DNA from: Candidatus Binatia bacterium
GTDB lineage: Bacteria > Desulfobacterota > Binatia > Bin18
Length of the DNA: 64,000 bases
NCBI GenBank assembly: GCA_963664395.2
Contig: OY761159.2
Location: 1,120,001-1,184,000 of the forward strand
Direction of reading: 5' to 3'
The first letter of the stretch is position 1, and each line of letters opens with the position of its first letter. Shown piece after piece: positions 19,425 through 29,407 of the stretch. A model generated the notes under the pieces. The model did not search any database. It was not told the origin of the DNA and saw nothing but the letters and a program-made list of their open reading frames with translations. Both the position numbers and the translations under genes were made by a program.

Positions 19425-21128
19425 TCAGTTCTCACCAGCCCGGAGCACCTGCCCCGGCAGGCCGCCGACATGTTCTCCCTCTTCGTACAGCACTTGTCCG
19501 TTCACAATCGTGTATATAATACCTTCCGACTGCGTCACGAGCCGACGCCCGCCACCGGGTAGATCATGGCGTACTTCCGGGCGTTCCGGAGAGCGAACGG
19601 TGGTCAGGTCAAAAATTGTGATGTCAGCCGCCATTCCGGGCTGCAGCAGGCCGCGCCGGGGAAGACCAAAATACTGCGCCGGCTCGGAGGTGATACGCTT
19701 CACCGCATGCTCCAGCGTAATCGCCTGTTTGTCGCGTACGAACGTGCCTAACAGATAGGTTGGATAGCCCGCGTTACACAGCATGTCGACGTGCGCACCA
19801 CCGTCAGAGATGCCAATCAGCGTACGTGGGTCGCTGAACTTCTTTGCCACCCGTTCCTCATTGATATCGAGCCGCGGCAGCATGTAGTCGAGCTGGAGCC
19901 CATCTTCAAGCGAGAGATCAAAGAAGGTGTCGAGTGGCGCCACGCCACGATCATGGGCTATCTGTGCGATCGTTTTCCACTCAAGCGCCTTGAGGGCGGG
20001 CTGCGTCGCCTCCTTCACCTGAGTATTCTTCCAGATGTCACGCAAAAGCGGGCGGTGTTCCAGGTCAACAGCAAACGCGCGGCGAAACTCCGCGTCCGCA
20101 TAGGTCCGCTTTTGATCTGCGAGCGAGGCATCACCGAATACCGGTTTCATCGAGCGCATACTGGCGAACAAGAACGGGTTGCGCAAATTAAACTCAACAG
20201 TCAGTGGCCGCACCGCAACTTGCGGGCGGCAACCGCGGGCGAGCAGCGGCGCAACCTGGTCCAGGGTATCAGTCCACGCTTCGGGTGCGTCATCCCGGTC
20301 GCGCAGATTGAGCCAGGTGACGGGCCGTCCGCTCTCCGTTGCGAGCAGCTCAAGCAGCGCGTATTCTTTTGCGGAAATCGTGCTCGGCTGTTTCGTCAGC
20401 GCAATTTCAATTGTGCCCCGACCCCGTTGTCCGAGCAGCCTGGAATAGGCCCGCAATTCAGCCTGGCTGGCCAAACGGCAGGCCAGCGGTTTCGCTTTGT
20501 AGCCGATATGCTGTGGCAGGACCGTGAGAGAGAAGCCCAGGGCGCCGGCGTCAAGCGCCTCGCCCAGCAGCGCGCTGATCTTGCCTGTTTCAACCTGTGT
20601 GGCCTCACGCTCCATAGCGTCGTCCCCCATGACGAACTGACGGAACGGAGACAGGGCGGCCAGGAATCCGACGTTGATACCAATCCCACGCCGAGCGGCC
20701 GCGTCCATATACTGCGGGAAACTTTCCCAGTCCCACGGCAGGCCCTGACTGAGGACCTCGTAGGGAATGGCCTCAACGTGGACAAGGTTCGAGGTCGCAA
20801 TATCGCGCTCCTCGGGCTTGCAGGGGGCCAGTCCGACACCGCAATTGCCCATGATCACGCTGGTCACGCCATGCCAGGATGAACAGGTGACGAGCGGGTC
20901 CCAACAGATTTGGGCGTCGTAGTGGGTATGCGGATCAATAAAGCCCGGCGCAACAATGAGATCTGAAGCGTCGATTACGCGCGCGGCCCCAGCCGTGATC
21001 CTGTCCGAGCCTTTGCCTATCTCGACGATACGACCAGCGTGGACTGCCAGGTCGGCACGAAAAGCGGGCTTCCCGCTCCCATCAACGACCGTTCCATTTT
21101 TTACGAGTAGATCGTATACCACTGCCAT
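19425..21128 (-). CDS. N-acyl-D-amino-acid deacylase family amidohydrolase
   Basis: VAPGFIDPHTHYD, HGVTSVIMGNCG, SDGGAH, ADITIFD. Confidence 0.9.
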   Translation of the reverse strand: MAVVYDLLVKNGTVVDGSGKPAFRADLAVHAGRIVEIGKGSDRITAGAARVIDASDLIVAPGFIDPHTHYDAQICWDPLVTCSSWHGVTSVIMGNCGVGLAPCKPEERDIATSNLVHVEAIPYEVLSQGLPWDWESFPQYMDAAARRGIGINVGFLAALSPFRQFVMGDDAMEREATQVETGKISALLGEALDAGALGFSLTVLPQHIGYKAKPLACRLASQAELRAYSRLLGQRGRGTIEIALTKQPSTISAKEYALLELLATESGRPVTWLNLRDRDDAPEAWTDTLDQVAPLLARGCRPQVAVRPLTVEFNLRNPFLFASMRSMKPVFGDASLADQKRTYADAEFRRAFAVDLEHRPLLRDIWKNTQVKEATQPALKALEWKTIAQIAHDRGVAPLDTFFDLSLEDGLQLDYMLPRLDINEERVAKKFSDPRTLIGISDGGAHVDMLCNAGYPTYLLGTFVRDKQAITLEHAVKRITSEPAQYFGLPRRGLLQPGMAADITIFDLTTVRSPERPEVRHDLPGGGRRLVTQSEGIIYTIVNGQVLYEEGEHVGGLPGQVLRAGEN

Positions 21129-21160
21129 TGCCTCCTTTTCTTTTGGCTCTGCCCGGTACT

Positions 21161-22951
21161 TTAATACTCACTGCCTGTGGCAAGAGAGAGTGCAGGTCTT
21201 TCCCCGAGCTGCCCGATGTGCCATTCGCGCGAGAGGTCCTGGGCACGCACCATGCGCGCATAGTAACCGTCATGGACCAGCAGACTCTCGTGCGTGCCCT
21301 GCTCCGCAATACGTCCGTTGGCGAGAACAACGATGAGATCCGCGTCGCGGATGGTGCTGAGACGATGGGCTATTGTCACGGTGGTGCGCTGCGCGGTGAG
21401 GCGCGAAATCGCTTCTTGGATCAGATGTTCGGTTTCGGTGTCCACCGAAGAGGTCGCCTCATCAAGGATCAAAATCGGGGCGTCTTTGAGCAGTGCCCGC
21501 GCAATGGACACGCGTTGCTTTTGCCCGGCGGATAATCGGACCCCGCGTTCCCCAATGAGGGTGTCATAGCCCTGGGGCAAGGCCAGGATGAATTCCTCTG
21601 CATTGGCCGCCCGAGCCGCGGCGTGCAGCTCAGCCTCCGAGGCGTCCGGTCGGCCAAAGAGGAGATTCTGGCGGACGCTGCCGTGGAAGAGAAAGACATC
21701 CTGCAGCACCATGGCAATATTGCCGCGCAGAAAGTCGAGCTCCAAAGACCGCACGTTGTGTCCGCCAACGCGGACAGAGCCGTGTTGTGGGTCGTAAAAG
21801 CGGGGGATGAGGTTGGTTGCCGTCGTTTTTCCCGCACCAGTCGTGCCAACCAACGCGACCATAGTCCCCGCGGCGACGGTGATGTTGATGGCGCTGAGGA
21901 CGGGCCGGGCCGGCTGATAGCCAAAGGTGACGTCTCGGAGCTCCACGTCCCACGTCATCCGGGCTGGCCGCACGCCGTGTGGTGGGCTGACAATATCGGG
22001 CTGGAGGTCGAGCAGCTCAAACACACGCTCCGAGCTGACCGCGGCTTTTTGGAGCGTGTCGTTGATATTGGCGAGTTGCAAGAAGGGTTGATAAATCTGG
22101 GTCAGATACACAATAAATACGAACAAATCAGCCGCACTCACACGACCGCCGAGCGCCATGGCACCACCCAGCAGCGCGATCAGCACCACCCCGACTCCGC
22201 TGGTGACTTCGATCACGCCGACCGGAACGAACGACAGGGTACTGGCCCGCAGCATATCGTCCCGCAGCCGTTTGCTGCGATTTTCGATCGCGTACGCCTG
22301 GAGCTTTTCCTGAACAAACGACTTGATCACCGTCACACCGGACAGGTTATCCTGGACCTGCGCGGTGAGGTCTTCGAGGCGCTGCCGTACCGGGCGCCAC
22401 TCGGTACGGACTTTTGAAACCGAGCGAAAGACTACCCAACTGGCTACCGGCAGCGGCAGGAGGGCAACCAGGGCGAGTTGCCAGTTCAGATAGAACAGGA
22501 CGCAGATCATGGCCGTCGGCAGAACAAAAGCGTTGATCGCTTCCGGAATCCCATGAGCGATAAAATCTTCGATGGCCTCAATGTCGTTGATCGAGCGGGC
22601 GATCAACCCTCCGGTGCGTTGCGTATGGAAAAAGCTGTGGGGCAGACTCTGCAGATGGGTATACACTCGGACCATGAGGCTGTGCAGGACATCGAAAGAC
22701 ACCTCGTGGGAGAAACGGCCATAGCCATACCGAAACAGCCCCCGCCCGATATACACCACCAGCAGCAGCCCGCTAATGCCGATTAAGGCCGGCAGCGTTC
22801 CGCCCCCTTCGGTGATCCACTGGATAATCCGGCGGATGAGCAGGGGCGGCACCAGACCGGTGCCGGCAAAGAGGAGACCGCAAGCGACCGCCATCATCAT
22901 TTTCTTTTGGCTTCCGCGCAACAATTGCAGCAGACTCAGCAGAACATGCAT
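21161..22951 (-). CDS. ABC transporter permease/ATP-binding fusion (exporter type)
   Basis: multiple TM helices, GTTGAGKTT, LSAGQKQR, ILDEATS; start at MHVLL after AAGGAGG. Confidence 0.92.
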   Translation of the reverse strand: MHVLLSLLQLLRGSQKKMMMAVACGLLFAGTGLVPPLLIRRIIQWITEGGGTLPALIGISGLLLVVYIGRGLFRYGYGRFSHEVSFDVLHSLMVRVYTHLQSLPHSFFHTQRTGGLIARSINDIEAIEDFIAHGIPEAINAFVLPTAMICVLFYLNWQLALVALLPLPVASWVVFRSVSKVRTEWRPVRQRLEDLTAQVQDNLSGVTVIKSFVQEKLQAYAIENRSKRLRDDMLRASTLSFVPVGVIEVTSGVGVVLIALLGGAMALGGRVSAADLFVFIVYLTQIYQPFLQLANINDTLQKAAVSSERVFELLDLQPDIVSPPHGVRPARMTWDVELRDVTFGYQPARPVLSAINITVAAGTMVALVGTTGAGKTTATNLIPRFYDPQHGSVRVGGHNVRSLELDFLRGNIAMVLQDVFLFHGSVRQNLLFGRPDASEAELHAAARAANAEEFILALPQGYDTLIGERGVRLSAGQKQRVSIARALLKDAPILILDEATSSVDTETEHLIQEAISRLTAQRTTVTIAHRLSTIRDADLIVVLANGRIAEQGTHESLLVHDGYYARMVRAQDLSREWHIGQLGERPALSLATGSEY

Positions 22952-23111
22952 GGGCCTCCTTTTCCTCCTCACTTACCACATACAGGCGGAGGAATGGTAG
23001 CTGACGTTTCTCTTTTAACAAAAGAACAAATCGGTTAGGACAAGTGAAGACACTGTGTTCGTCGAAGAACACACTCACCCGTAGGCACTGTATGAGAAAG
23101 GGAGCAGCAGC

Positions 23112-23990
23112 ATGACAGCCGACCAGACGTATGACATCGATGTAGAAGACGTTGAATATATCCGTCACGGGGACAAGCCTTTACTGGCACGTTTGTTCAA
23201 GCCGCGCGGGCCAGGGCCGTTTCCAGCCATTATCGAACTCCACGGTGGAGCCTGGTGTTTAGGCGACCGGCTGATGGACGTCGCCATCAACGAACCCCTG
23301 GCAAAAAGTGGTGTGGTCGTGGCCGCACTCGATTTCCGGGTGCCGCCCGAAGCCTCGTATCCCGGCTCACTGGCTGACATCAACTACGCCATCCGCTGGT
23401 TCAAGACGCAGGCCACGGAGTTTGGCAGCCGCCCGGACCTCGTGGGCGTATTGGGCAGCTCCAGTGGTGCCCACCAGGCTATGCTGGCTGGCATGCGACC
23501 GACCGATGCCAGATACGCAGCGCTGCCACTGCCGGCACTCTCCGGTGGAGCGCCGGACGTTGATGCGAGTCTGGGCTGCGTCGTCCTGTGCTGGCCGGTT
23601 ATTGATCCGTTGGCGCGTTATCACTATGCCAAGAAGTTGAAAGCGGGTGGGAAACCCTACCCCGATTTAATAGACCTGGTGCTGCCCCTGCACGACAAGT
23701 ACTGGAAGACTGAAGAGGCCATGGCCGAGGGCAACCCGGTGCTTGCCCTGGAACGCGGCGAGCAAGTCGAACTGCCGCCGGCACTCTACATACAAGGCAC
23801 CAACGACCGAGCCCATCCCCGGCCTGACCTTGACCGTTTTGTCGAACACTACCGCAAGGCTGGCGGGCAGGTCGCTCTGGAGCTGTACGAGGGTGAGGCG
23901 GAGGGGTTTATTATCAGGAATCCATCTTCACCGGCTTCCGAACAGGCGCTTGAGAAAATCATCGCATTCGTCCACGCACAGCTCCGCTAA
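23112..23990 (+). CDS. alpha/beta hydrolase (HSL/BD-FAE-like)
   Basis: HGGAW oxyanion motif, GSSSG nucleophile elbow, QGTND. Confidence 0.85.
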   Translation: MTADQTYDIDVEDVEYIRHGDKPLLARLFKPRGPGPFPAIIELHGGAWCLGDRLMDVAINEPLAKSGVVVAALDFRVPPEASYPGSLADINYAIRWFKTQATEFGSRPDLVGVLGSSSGAHQAMLAGMRPTDARYAALPLPALSGGAPDVDASLGCVVLCWPVIDPLARYHYAKKLKAGGKPYPDLIDLVLPLHDKYWKTEEAMAEGNPVLALERGEQVELPPALYIQGTNDRAHPRPDLDRFVEHYRKAGGQVALELYEGEAEGFIIRNPSSPASEQALEKIIAFVHAQLR

Positions 23991-24018
23991 ATCCGCTAAA
24001 GAAGATGGGCTACTCCAG

Positions 24019-25446
24019 ATGACAACCTCTGATTTCGTGCAGTTGGGCATTGCTGACGTGGTCGGCCTGATTCGGGCCCGCCAGCTCTCGCCGCTGGAAC
24101 TCGTTCAGTCCTCCCTCAACCGCATCGAGTCGCTCAATCCTTCCTTGAATGTCTACCTCACCGTCATGGCGGACGCAGCGCGTGCTGCCGCCAGCGCTGC
24201 GGAACAAGCTGTGACTGCGGGAGACGCAGTAGGGCCACTCCACGGCGTTCCCATTGCGCTGAAGGACAACTGCGAAGTCGCCGGGGTGCGGATGACAGGG
24301 GGGAATACCTTCTTGAGAGATCACGTGGCGACCGCCGATGCCGAGGTCGTCGCGCGCCTGCGCCGGGCGGGCGCCATTATTCTGGGCAAGCTCAATATGC
24401 ATGAGTGGGCCATTGGCGGCACGACGCGCAATCCGCACTATGGCCCGTGTCATAATCCCTGGGATCCCACACGCATTCCCGGCGGTTCCAGTGGGGGCTC
24501 GGGCGCTGCCGTTGCTGCGGATATGGCGTTGGTAACACTAGGCACGGATACGGGCGGGTCGGTGCGTATTCCAGCTGCGCTGAACGGCGTCTGCGGTCTT
24601 CGGCCTACAATGGGTCGAGTCAGCAATCGGGGCGTAATCCCGGTCAGTTGGACCTTTGACACGGTTGGTCCGCTGGCCCGACGGGCAGAAGACATCGCGC
24701 GTGTGCTCCAAGTCCTGGCCGGCTATGATCCGCACGATTTGACTTCTCTCGATCAGCCGGTCGGGAATTATCTGGCCGAACTCAACGACGGAGTCAAGGG
24801 CTGGCGCGTAGGATTACTCGGCGGACATTTCCGGACAGAGCCCCAGCCGGCGGTGGTGACGCTCGTCACGCAAGCGGCCCGTGTGTTTGAAGAGCTGGGG
24901 GCTAACGTAGAAGAGGTGGAGCTGGACGGCGCAGCAGGGACGATTGAACGCGCGAGTGAAATGCTCCTGGCTGATGCCGCAGCGTTTCACCAGGCGCGGC
25001 TTGCGGAGCGAGCGGAAAGTTTCGGACCGGACGTACGGACGCGGTTACAGATTGGCGCCCTGGTCAGCGGCAGCCAGTATGCCCTCGCCCGCCAGGAGCA
25101 GCGCCGCTGGCAACGCCAGCTCAATCAGACCTTCGAGCGCTACGATATCCTCCTGGCACCGACCTGTGGCATTCCGGCTCCGCTTATTGAAGAAAGCGAG
25201 GGGGTAGAGACAACTCGACTCCTGACCCGTTTCACCTATCCATTCAGTTTAGCCCAAGTGCCGGTGCTGAGCGTGCCGTGCGGATTTACGGAAGGCCGGC
25301 TACCGGTTGGCATGCAACTCATAGCCCCGGCCTGGGCGGAAGCCGGTCTCCTGCGCGCAGCGCATTCCTATCAGCAGGTCACAGACTGGCATCTACAGCG
25401 GCCTCCCATCAAAACCCAGCCGTCAAAGGCAGAGACCTCCATCTGA
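24019..25446 (+). CDS. amidase signature family enzyme
   Basis: PIALKD, PGGSSGGSG, GTDTGGSVRIP; start at MTTSDF. Confidence 0.92.
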   Translation: MTTSDFVQLGIADVVGLIRARQLSPLELVQSSLNRIESLNPSLNVYLTVMADAARAAASAAEQAVTAGDAVGPLHGVPIALKDNCEVAGVRMTGGNTFLRDHVATADAEVVARLRRAGAIILGKLNMHEWAIGGTTRNPHYGPCHNPWDPTRIPGGSSGGSGAAVAADMALVTLGTDTGGSVRIPAALNGVCGLRPTMGRVSNRGVIPVSWTFDTVGPLARRAEDIARVLQVLAGYDPHDLTSLDQPVGNYLAELNDGVKGWRVGLLGGHFRTEPQPAVVTLVTQAARVFEELGANVEEVELDGAAGTIERASEMLLADAAAFHQARLAERAESFGPDVRTRLQIGALVSGSQYALARQEQRRWQRQLNQTFERYDILLAPTCGIPAPLIEESEGVETTRLLTRFTYPFSLAQVPVLSVPCGFTEGRLPVGMQLIAPAWAEAGLLRAAHSYQQVTDWHLQRPPIKTQPSKAETSI

Positions 25447-25503
25447 CGTACGCCGAGCCCTTTCCTTGTCTATGCTCTGCCCTACACCATTAAGGAGAAC
25501 ACC

Positions 25504-26571
25504 ATGATCGAACCGTATAATGCCGTTGGCTTGATTCCGACGTTTTGGGGTATCCGCAAGCGTGCGGATATGCAGAAAAATATCGACCATATCCGCAGTC
25601 TGACCAAAGCCGCTTTCTGGCTCTCCAATCTGGATATTCCGGTCCGCCTGCTCGCCATCCCGGAAGGCGCCTTACAGGGATTCAACGACGAAGTCCTGGA
25701 CGTCGATCACACTGAGTTTGCGCAGACCTGCGCGATTGATATCCCCGGTCCGGAGACCGACCAACTCGGCCAACTCGCGCGTGAGTACGGGGTCTTCATT
25801 ATGGCCCAGGCCAAGGCACGGCATGAAGACTGGCCCAAGCTGTTCTTCAATGTCGGCTTTATTCTTGATCCGGATGGTCAGCTTATTCTCAAACACTATA
25901 AGATATCCTCTTTGTTGCCGTGTGAGCGCTCGGTGTCTCCACACGATCTCTTTGATTGGTGGATTGAAAAATATGGCCGAACCTTGGATGCCTTTTGGCC
26001 GGTAGCCGACACGGAGATTGGCCGTCTCGGCATCATGATGGCCATGGAGGGCAACTACCCGGAGAACGGCCGCGGGCTGGCGATGAACGGCGCGGAAGTC
26101 GTCTACCGTGCCTCTTTGCCAGGTCCGTTCACCCAGAACGATGTCTTTGAAATCTCCAACCGTGCCCGGGCACTGGAAAACAATATGTATGTTGTTGCTC
26201 CCAATATTGGGGGCTATCACCTCTACCCGGACAGCGAGACGCCGATTGATGCCGGCAGCGGTCAGTCCATGGTCGTTGACTACAAGGGGACGATAGTTGG
26301 CAAGCAGCGCGACACCAACGGGTCAACCTATGTCAGGGGTGTGATCGACATCCAAGCCTTACGCCACCACCGGGCCAACGCCCAGGTCACGAACTGGCTG
26401 AAGGACGTGCGGGCAGAAATGGCGCAACTCATTTATGAAAAGCCAATCTACCCCAAGAATCGCTATATCGACAAAATCCCCGGAAACCACGCCCAGTACA
26501 AAGAGGAGGTCATCGACCAACAGATTGCCCTGATGCAAGCCCGCGACATTTGGAAAAAGCCGGCGAAGTGA
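25504..26571 (+). CDS. nitrilase-like carbon-nitrogen hydrolase (nucleophile Cys apparently absent)
   Basis: IPEG, KHYK, GRLGIMMAMEGNYPE..R.LAMNGAEV, RARALEN..YVV. Confidence 0.8.
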   Translation: MIEPYNAVGLIPTFWGIRKRADMQKNIDHIRSLTKAAFWLSNLDIPVRLLAIPEGALQGFNDEVLDVDHTEFAQTCAIDIPGPETDQLGQLAREYGVFIMAQAKARHEDWPKLFFNVGFILDPDGQLILKHYKISSLLPCERSVSPHDLFDWWIEKYGRTLDAFWPVADTEIGRLGIMMAMEGNYPENGRGLAMNGAEVVYRASLPGPFTQNDVFEISNRARALENNMYVVAPNIGGYHLYPDSETPIDAGSGQSMVVDYKGTIVGKQRDTNGSTYVRGVIDIQALRHHRANAQVTNWLKDVRAEMAQLIYEKPIYPKNRYIDKIPGNHAQYKEEVIDQQIALMQARDIWKKPAK

Positions 26572-26601
26572 GGGGATAGGAAGTAGGGCGCAGGATGAAC
26601 C

Positions 26602-26823
26602 ATGAAAGATTACCATATTAACGTCTTTTATAGCGAAGAAGACGCGGGCTATATTGCTGATATTCCTGATCTACCCCATTGCGCAGCTTTCGGTAAAAGC
26701 CCGGAAGAAGCCTTGCAAGAAGTGCTCAAAGCAAAAAAAGCGTGGCTAGAGGCCGCCCACGCAAATGCCAAGCCTATCCCAGAACCCCGGTATCGCCCGG
26801 TCATCTCTCAGACAGGCCAATAA
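26602..26823 (+). CDS. hicB: HicB family antitoxin (orphan)
   Basis: YHINVFYSEED.GYIADIPDLP.C.AFG.SPEEAL...PIPEP. Confidence 0.85.
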   Translation: MKDYHINVFYSEEDAGYIADIPDLPHCAAFGKSPEEALQEVLKAKKAWLEAAHANAKPIPEPRYRPVISQTGQ

Positions 26824-26826
26824 GTT

Positions 26827-26880
26827 CAGCAGATTGCCCTGATGCAAGCCCGCGATATCCAGAAGAAACCGGCGAAGTGA
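26827..26880 (+). pseudogene. second, diverged copy of the nitrilase gene 3' end
   Basis: encodes QQIALMQARDIQKKPAK* vs QQIALMQARDIWKKPAK* at 26518-26571. Confidence 0.88.
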
Positions 26881-27021
26881 TTGATCGGTTTTCTCCAACT
26901 AAGGACTCAATCTGATCCTTCATAACGGAACCGCATCATCTCGCACGGTCTCAAGAAAAGGGCTGTGGCGAGTTTCAAACCCTTGGGGCGAAATCGGGTA
27001 TAGGGAAATCTAATGATACAT

Positions 27022-28074
27022 CTAATAATGCGCAATAATCTCCCGCGCAAACTCGACAATGCTCTCCTCAACATAGCCCCACGGCGGAGAAATCACCATT
27101 TGGGTCAGACCGACGGCTTCTAATTCTTTGAGGCGCGTAATCACTTCCTCTCGGGTGCCGGTCACACTCATGGCTCGAATCACCTCCGGGGTAATGAACT
27201 CTTCTTCGCCCGGATGCAAAAACCGTGAGTGGGTCACATGAATGTCATCCCAGCGTTCGTCCAGATACGCTCGGTATCGCGGAGTGAGGAACGGCTCAAA
27301 ATAGGCGGGCGCGTTCTTGCCCTGCCGCACGACTTCATACGCATAGTGCAGCCCAACGGCAATACGTGGCCCGACTCGGCTGAGGACCCGAGGACTATTG
27401 AGCGTTTCGCCCGGACGCATTACGCATGCGACGCCAACGGTGACGACCGGATAATCTTTGTGTTGCCCCGATGCTTGCTGCCTGCCCTTGGCCGCTTTGT
27501 CTAATGTCGCCGTCAGTGCGTCGGGGGTAATCGTACTCACCGTAATCAACCCATCACCGAGTTCCCCAGCCAAGGCCAGCGCTTTGGGATAGGAAGCGGC
27601 GAGATAAATCGGGACAGGATCGTTGACGTTAATATATCCGCGCTCGCGGTCGAGGAAACGGATCTGACTGTGACGGCCGCGTTCATGGTATTCAACCGCT
27701 TCGCCGCGCAGCAGTTTTCGACACACATCGATAGTATGCCGGAATGTATCCAAGCGGACGGGCGGCATATTCATAGCGCGCCAGGCAGTGTGGCCGGTCC
27801 CCAGACCCAGGATGGTCCGGCCTGGCGCGAGTTGGTTCACCGTGGCGATCGAGTGGGCAATGACCGGGGCAATACGGGTGCCGGCAATCGCCACCGCTGT
27901 CCCAAGCTGGATGGTGCTCGTATGCTCAGCCGCCAGGGCCATACACGCATACACGTCCGAGGCCAGCATCTGGGTATCGACAAACCACGCGGTGGTGAAG
28001 CCCATTTGTTCGGCCAGCACGGCATGCTTCCAACTGTTTTGAATATGCGACTGAAAACTCACACCAAAGTTCAT
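27022..28074 (-). CDS. LLM class flavin/F420-dependent oxidoreductase
   Basis: AEQMGF..AWFVD, IQLGTAV, APGRTILGLGTG, PIYLAA..PKAL.LAGE.GDG. Confidence 0.9.
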   Translation of the reverse strand: MNFGVSFQSHIQNSWKHAVLAEQMGFTTAWFVDTQMLASDVYACMALAAEHTSTIQLGTAVAIAGTRIAPVIAHSIATVNQLAPGRTILGLGTGHTAWRAMNMPPVRLDTFRHTIDVCRKLLRGEAVEYHERGRHSQIRFLDRERGYINVNDPVPIYLAASYPKALALAGELGDGLITVSTITPDALTATLDKAAKGRQQASGQHKDYPVVTVGVACVMRPGETLNSPRVLSRVGPRIAVGLHYAYEVVRQGKNAPAYFEPFLTPRYRAYLDERWDDIHVTHSRFLHPGEEEFITPEVIRAMSVTGTREEVITRLKELEAVGLTQMVISPPWGYVEESIVEFAREIIAHY

Positions 28075-28083
28075 GGCAGGTCC

Positions 28084-28434
28084 TTACCCAATCTCGACGT
28101 CTTCGACAATAAACATTCGAGAGCTGGCAAAGTCCACAAATTTTGCCTCATCCGGGCGAATGATTTCGAGATAGCGCGGCTGGGTAAACGCCTTGCCAAT
28201 ATCCTCCACGCTGTCAAACCACAGCTCGGCGATTCCATCGAACGGGGCATCGTCTGAGGGTGGGAACCCCGGCACGGGAGTGCTGACCGTGTGGCCCTGG
28301 ACATATTTTCGGACGTACTGCCAGAACTCCGGCACACTTCTGACCAGCGGACCGTGATTGTTTTTCCAATAGTCCTGAAACTCAACCGTTGTCATCCCAG
28401 CCTTGCGGCGTGCACACCCAACAAATTTGACCAT
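28084..28434 (-). CDS. EthD domain protein
   Basis: RRKAGMT..EF..YW...HGPLV, FDGIAELWFDS, DEAKFVD. Confidence 0.9.
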   Translation of the reverse strand: MVKFVGCARRKAGMTTVEFQDYWKNNHGPLVRSVPEFWQYVRKYVQGHTVSTPVPGFPPSDDAPFDGIAELWFDSVEDIGKAFTQPRYLEIIRPDEAKFVDFASSRMFIVEDVEIG

Positions 28435-28531
28435 GCGTTACCCTCCTCCATAAAAAATCAGACAAAAATAATCGTTGGCATGGTCCGGTAAATCCTTGTA
28501 AGAGTCAAGCTGTGATCCCGAAGGAGGATGT

Positions 28532-29353
28532 ATGCCCTACGCGAACGATAGCGGAGTCAAGCTGTGGTACGACCTGAACGGAGTTGGCGAGCCGCTGGTT
28601 GTCACCGGCGGTTTCGGCCTGCTGCACGACCAGTTCGCCCATGTCCGTGAGCTGCTCACACCCCACCTTCAAGTGATCGATTGGAATTACCGGGGCGCTG
28701 GACGGTCGGACCGCTCGTGGCCCGGCGGTTATCCTTTTGATCGATGGGTCGATGACCTTGGGGTCATTCTGGATCAGGCCGGTCTCGATGCGGTTCATCT
28801 ATGGGGCACCTCGACCGGCGCACTCCTGAATGTCCGCTTTGCCGCCCGGCATCCCGAGCGTGTCAAAAGCCTTATCACCTATCCTGGGATTTCCTTTAGC
28901 CCCGAGAGCCGCCGCATGTTTCAGGTCTTTCAAGACGTAACCGAAACGTTCGGCTACGAGGCGCTGGGACGTCTGACCCAATGGATAGGCAGCGCCGAGC
29001 ATAACGTATTCGGCGACAGAGCCAATGAAATAGCTCTTTTTGAAATCGAGTCTTTCAAGCGTAATTTCTCCATTCCATCTTTGGCAAAGACGCTGGAAGT
29101 TTTTTCCCACTGTGACCTGTCTGCCGATGTCGCCAAGCTCACTATGCCGGTCCTGGTGTTAATGGGGAACTCTGGCCACCTGGGAGCGGCCACGCCGGGG
29201 CAAACCGCGGCAATCGAGGCTTTTACTACCCTGTGCCCACATGCCGAAGTGACACTCATTGAGAACGGGGGCGGGACCTATCACATGATTGAACAGCCCG
29301 AACAGACGGCTGCCATTGTCGTTGATTTTGTGAACAAACACACAGGAGCCTGA
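28532..29353 (+). CDS. alpha/beta fold hydrolase
   Basis: YRGAGRSD, WGTSTG, HPERVKSLI, EQPE; RBS AAGGAGG. Confidence 0.88.
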   Translation: MPYANDSGVKLWYDLNGVGEPLVVTGGFGLLHDQFAHVRELLTPHLQVIDWNYRGAGRSDRSWPGGYPFDRWVDDLGVILDQAGLDAVHLWGTSTGALLNVRFAARHPERVKSLITYPGISFSPESRRMFQVFQDVTETFGYEALGRLTQWIGSAEHNVFGDRANEIALFEIESFKRNFSIPSLAKTLEVFSHCDLSADVAKLTMPVLVLMGNSGHLGAATPGQTAAIEAFTTLCPHAEVTLIENGGGTYHMIEQPEQTAAIVVDFVNKHTGA

Positions 29354-29361
29354 GCGAGGCC
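29224..29361 (+). repeat. 138-bp perfect direct repeat, left copy (hydrolase 3' end + stop)
   Basis: identical to 36628-36765 base by base (offset 7404). Confidence 0.95.
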
Positions 29362-29407
29362 AAGAAGGAGGAAGGAGATTTATTATGTGTTGCGTTTGTG
29401 TCACATT

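Noticed and set aside
23983-24000. 9-bp tandem duplication TCCGCTAAA at a stop codon as a transposon footprint
   Set aside because: No element ends nearby; replication slippage or chance explains it equally well.
28476-28495. Sigma54 promoter (TGGCA...)
   Set aside because: The -24 box is present but the -12 TTGC is missing at the required spacing.
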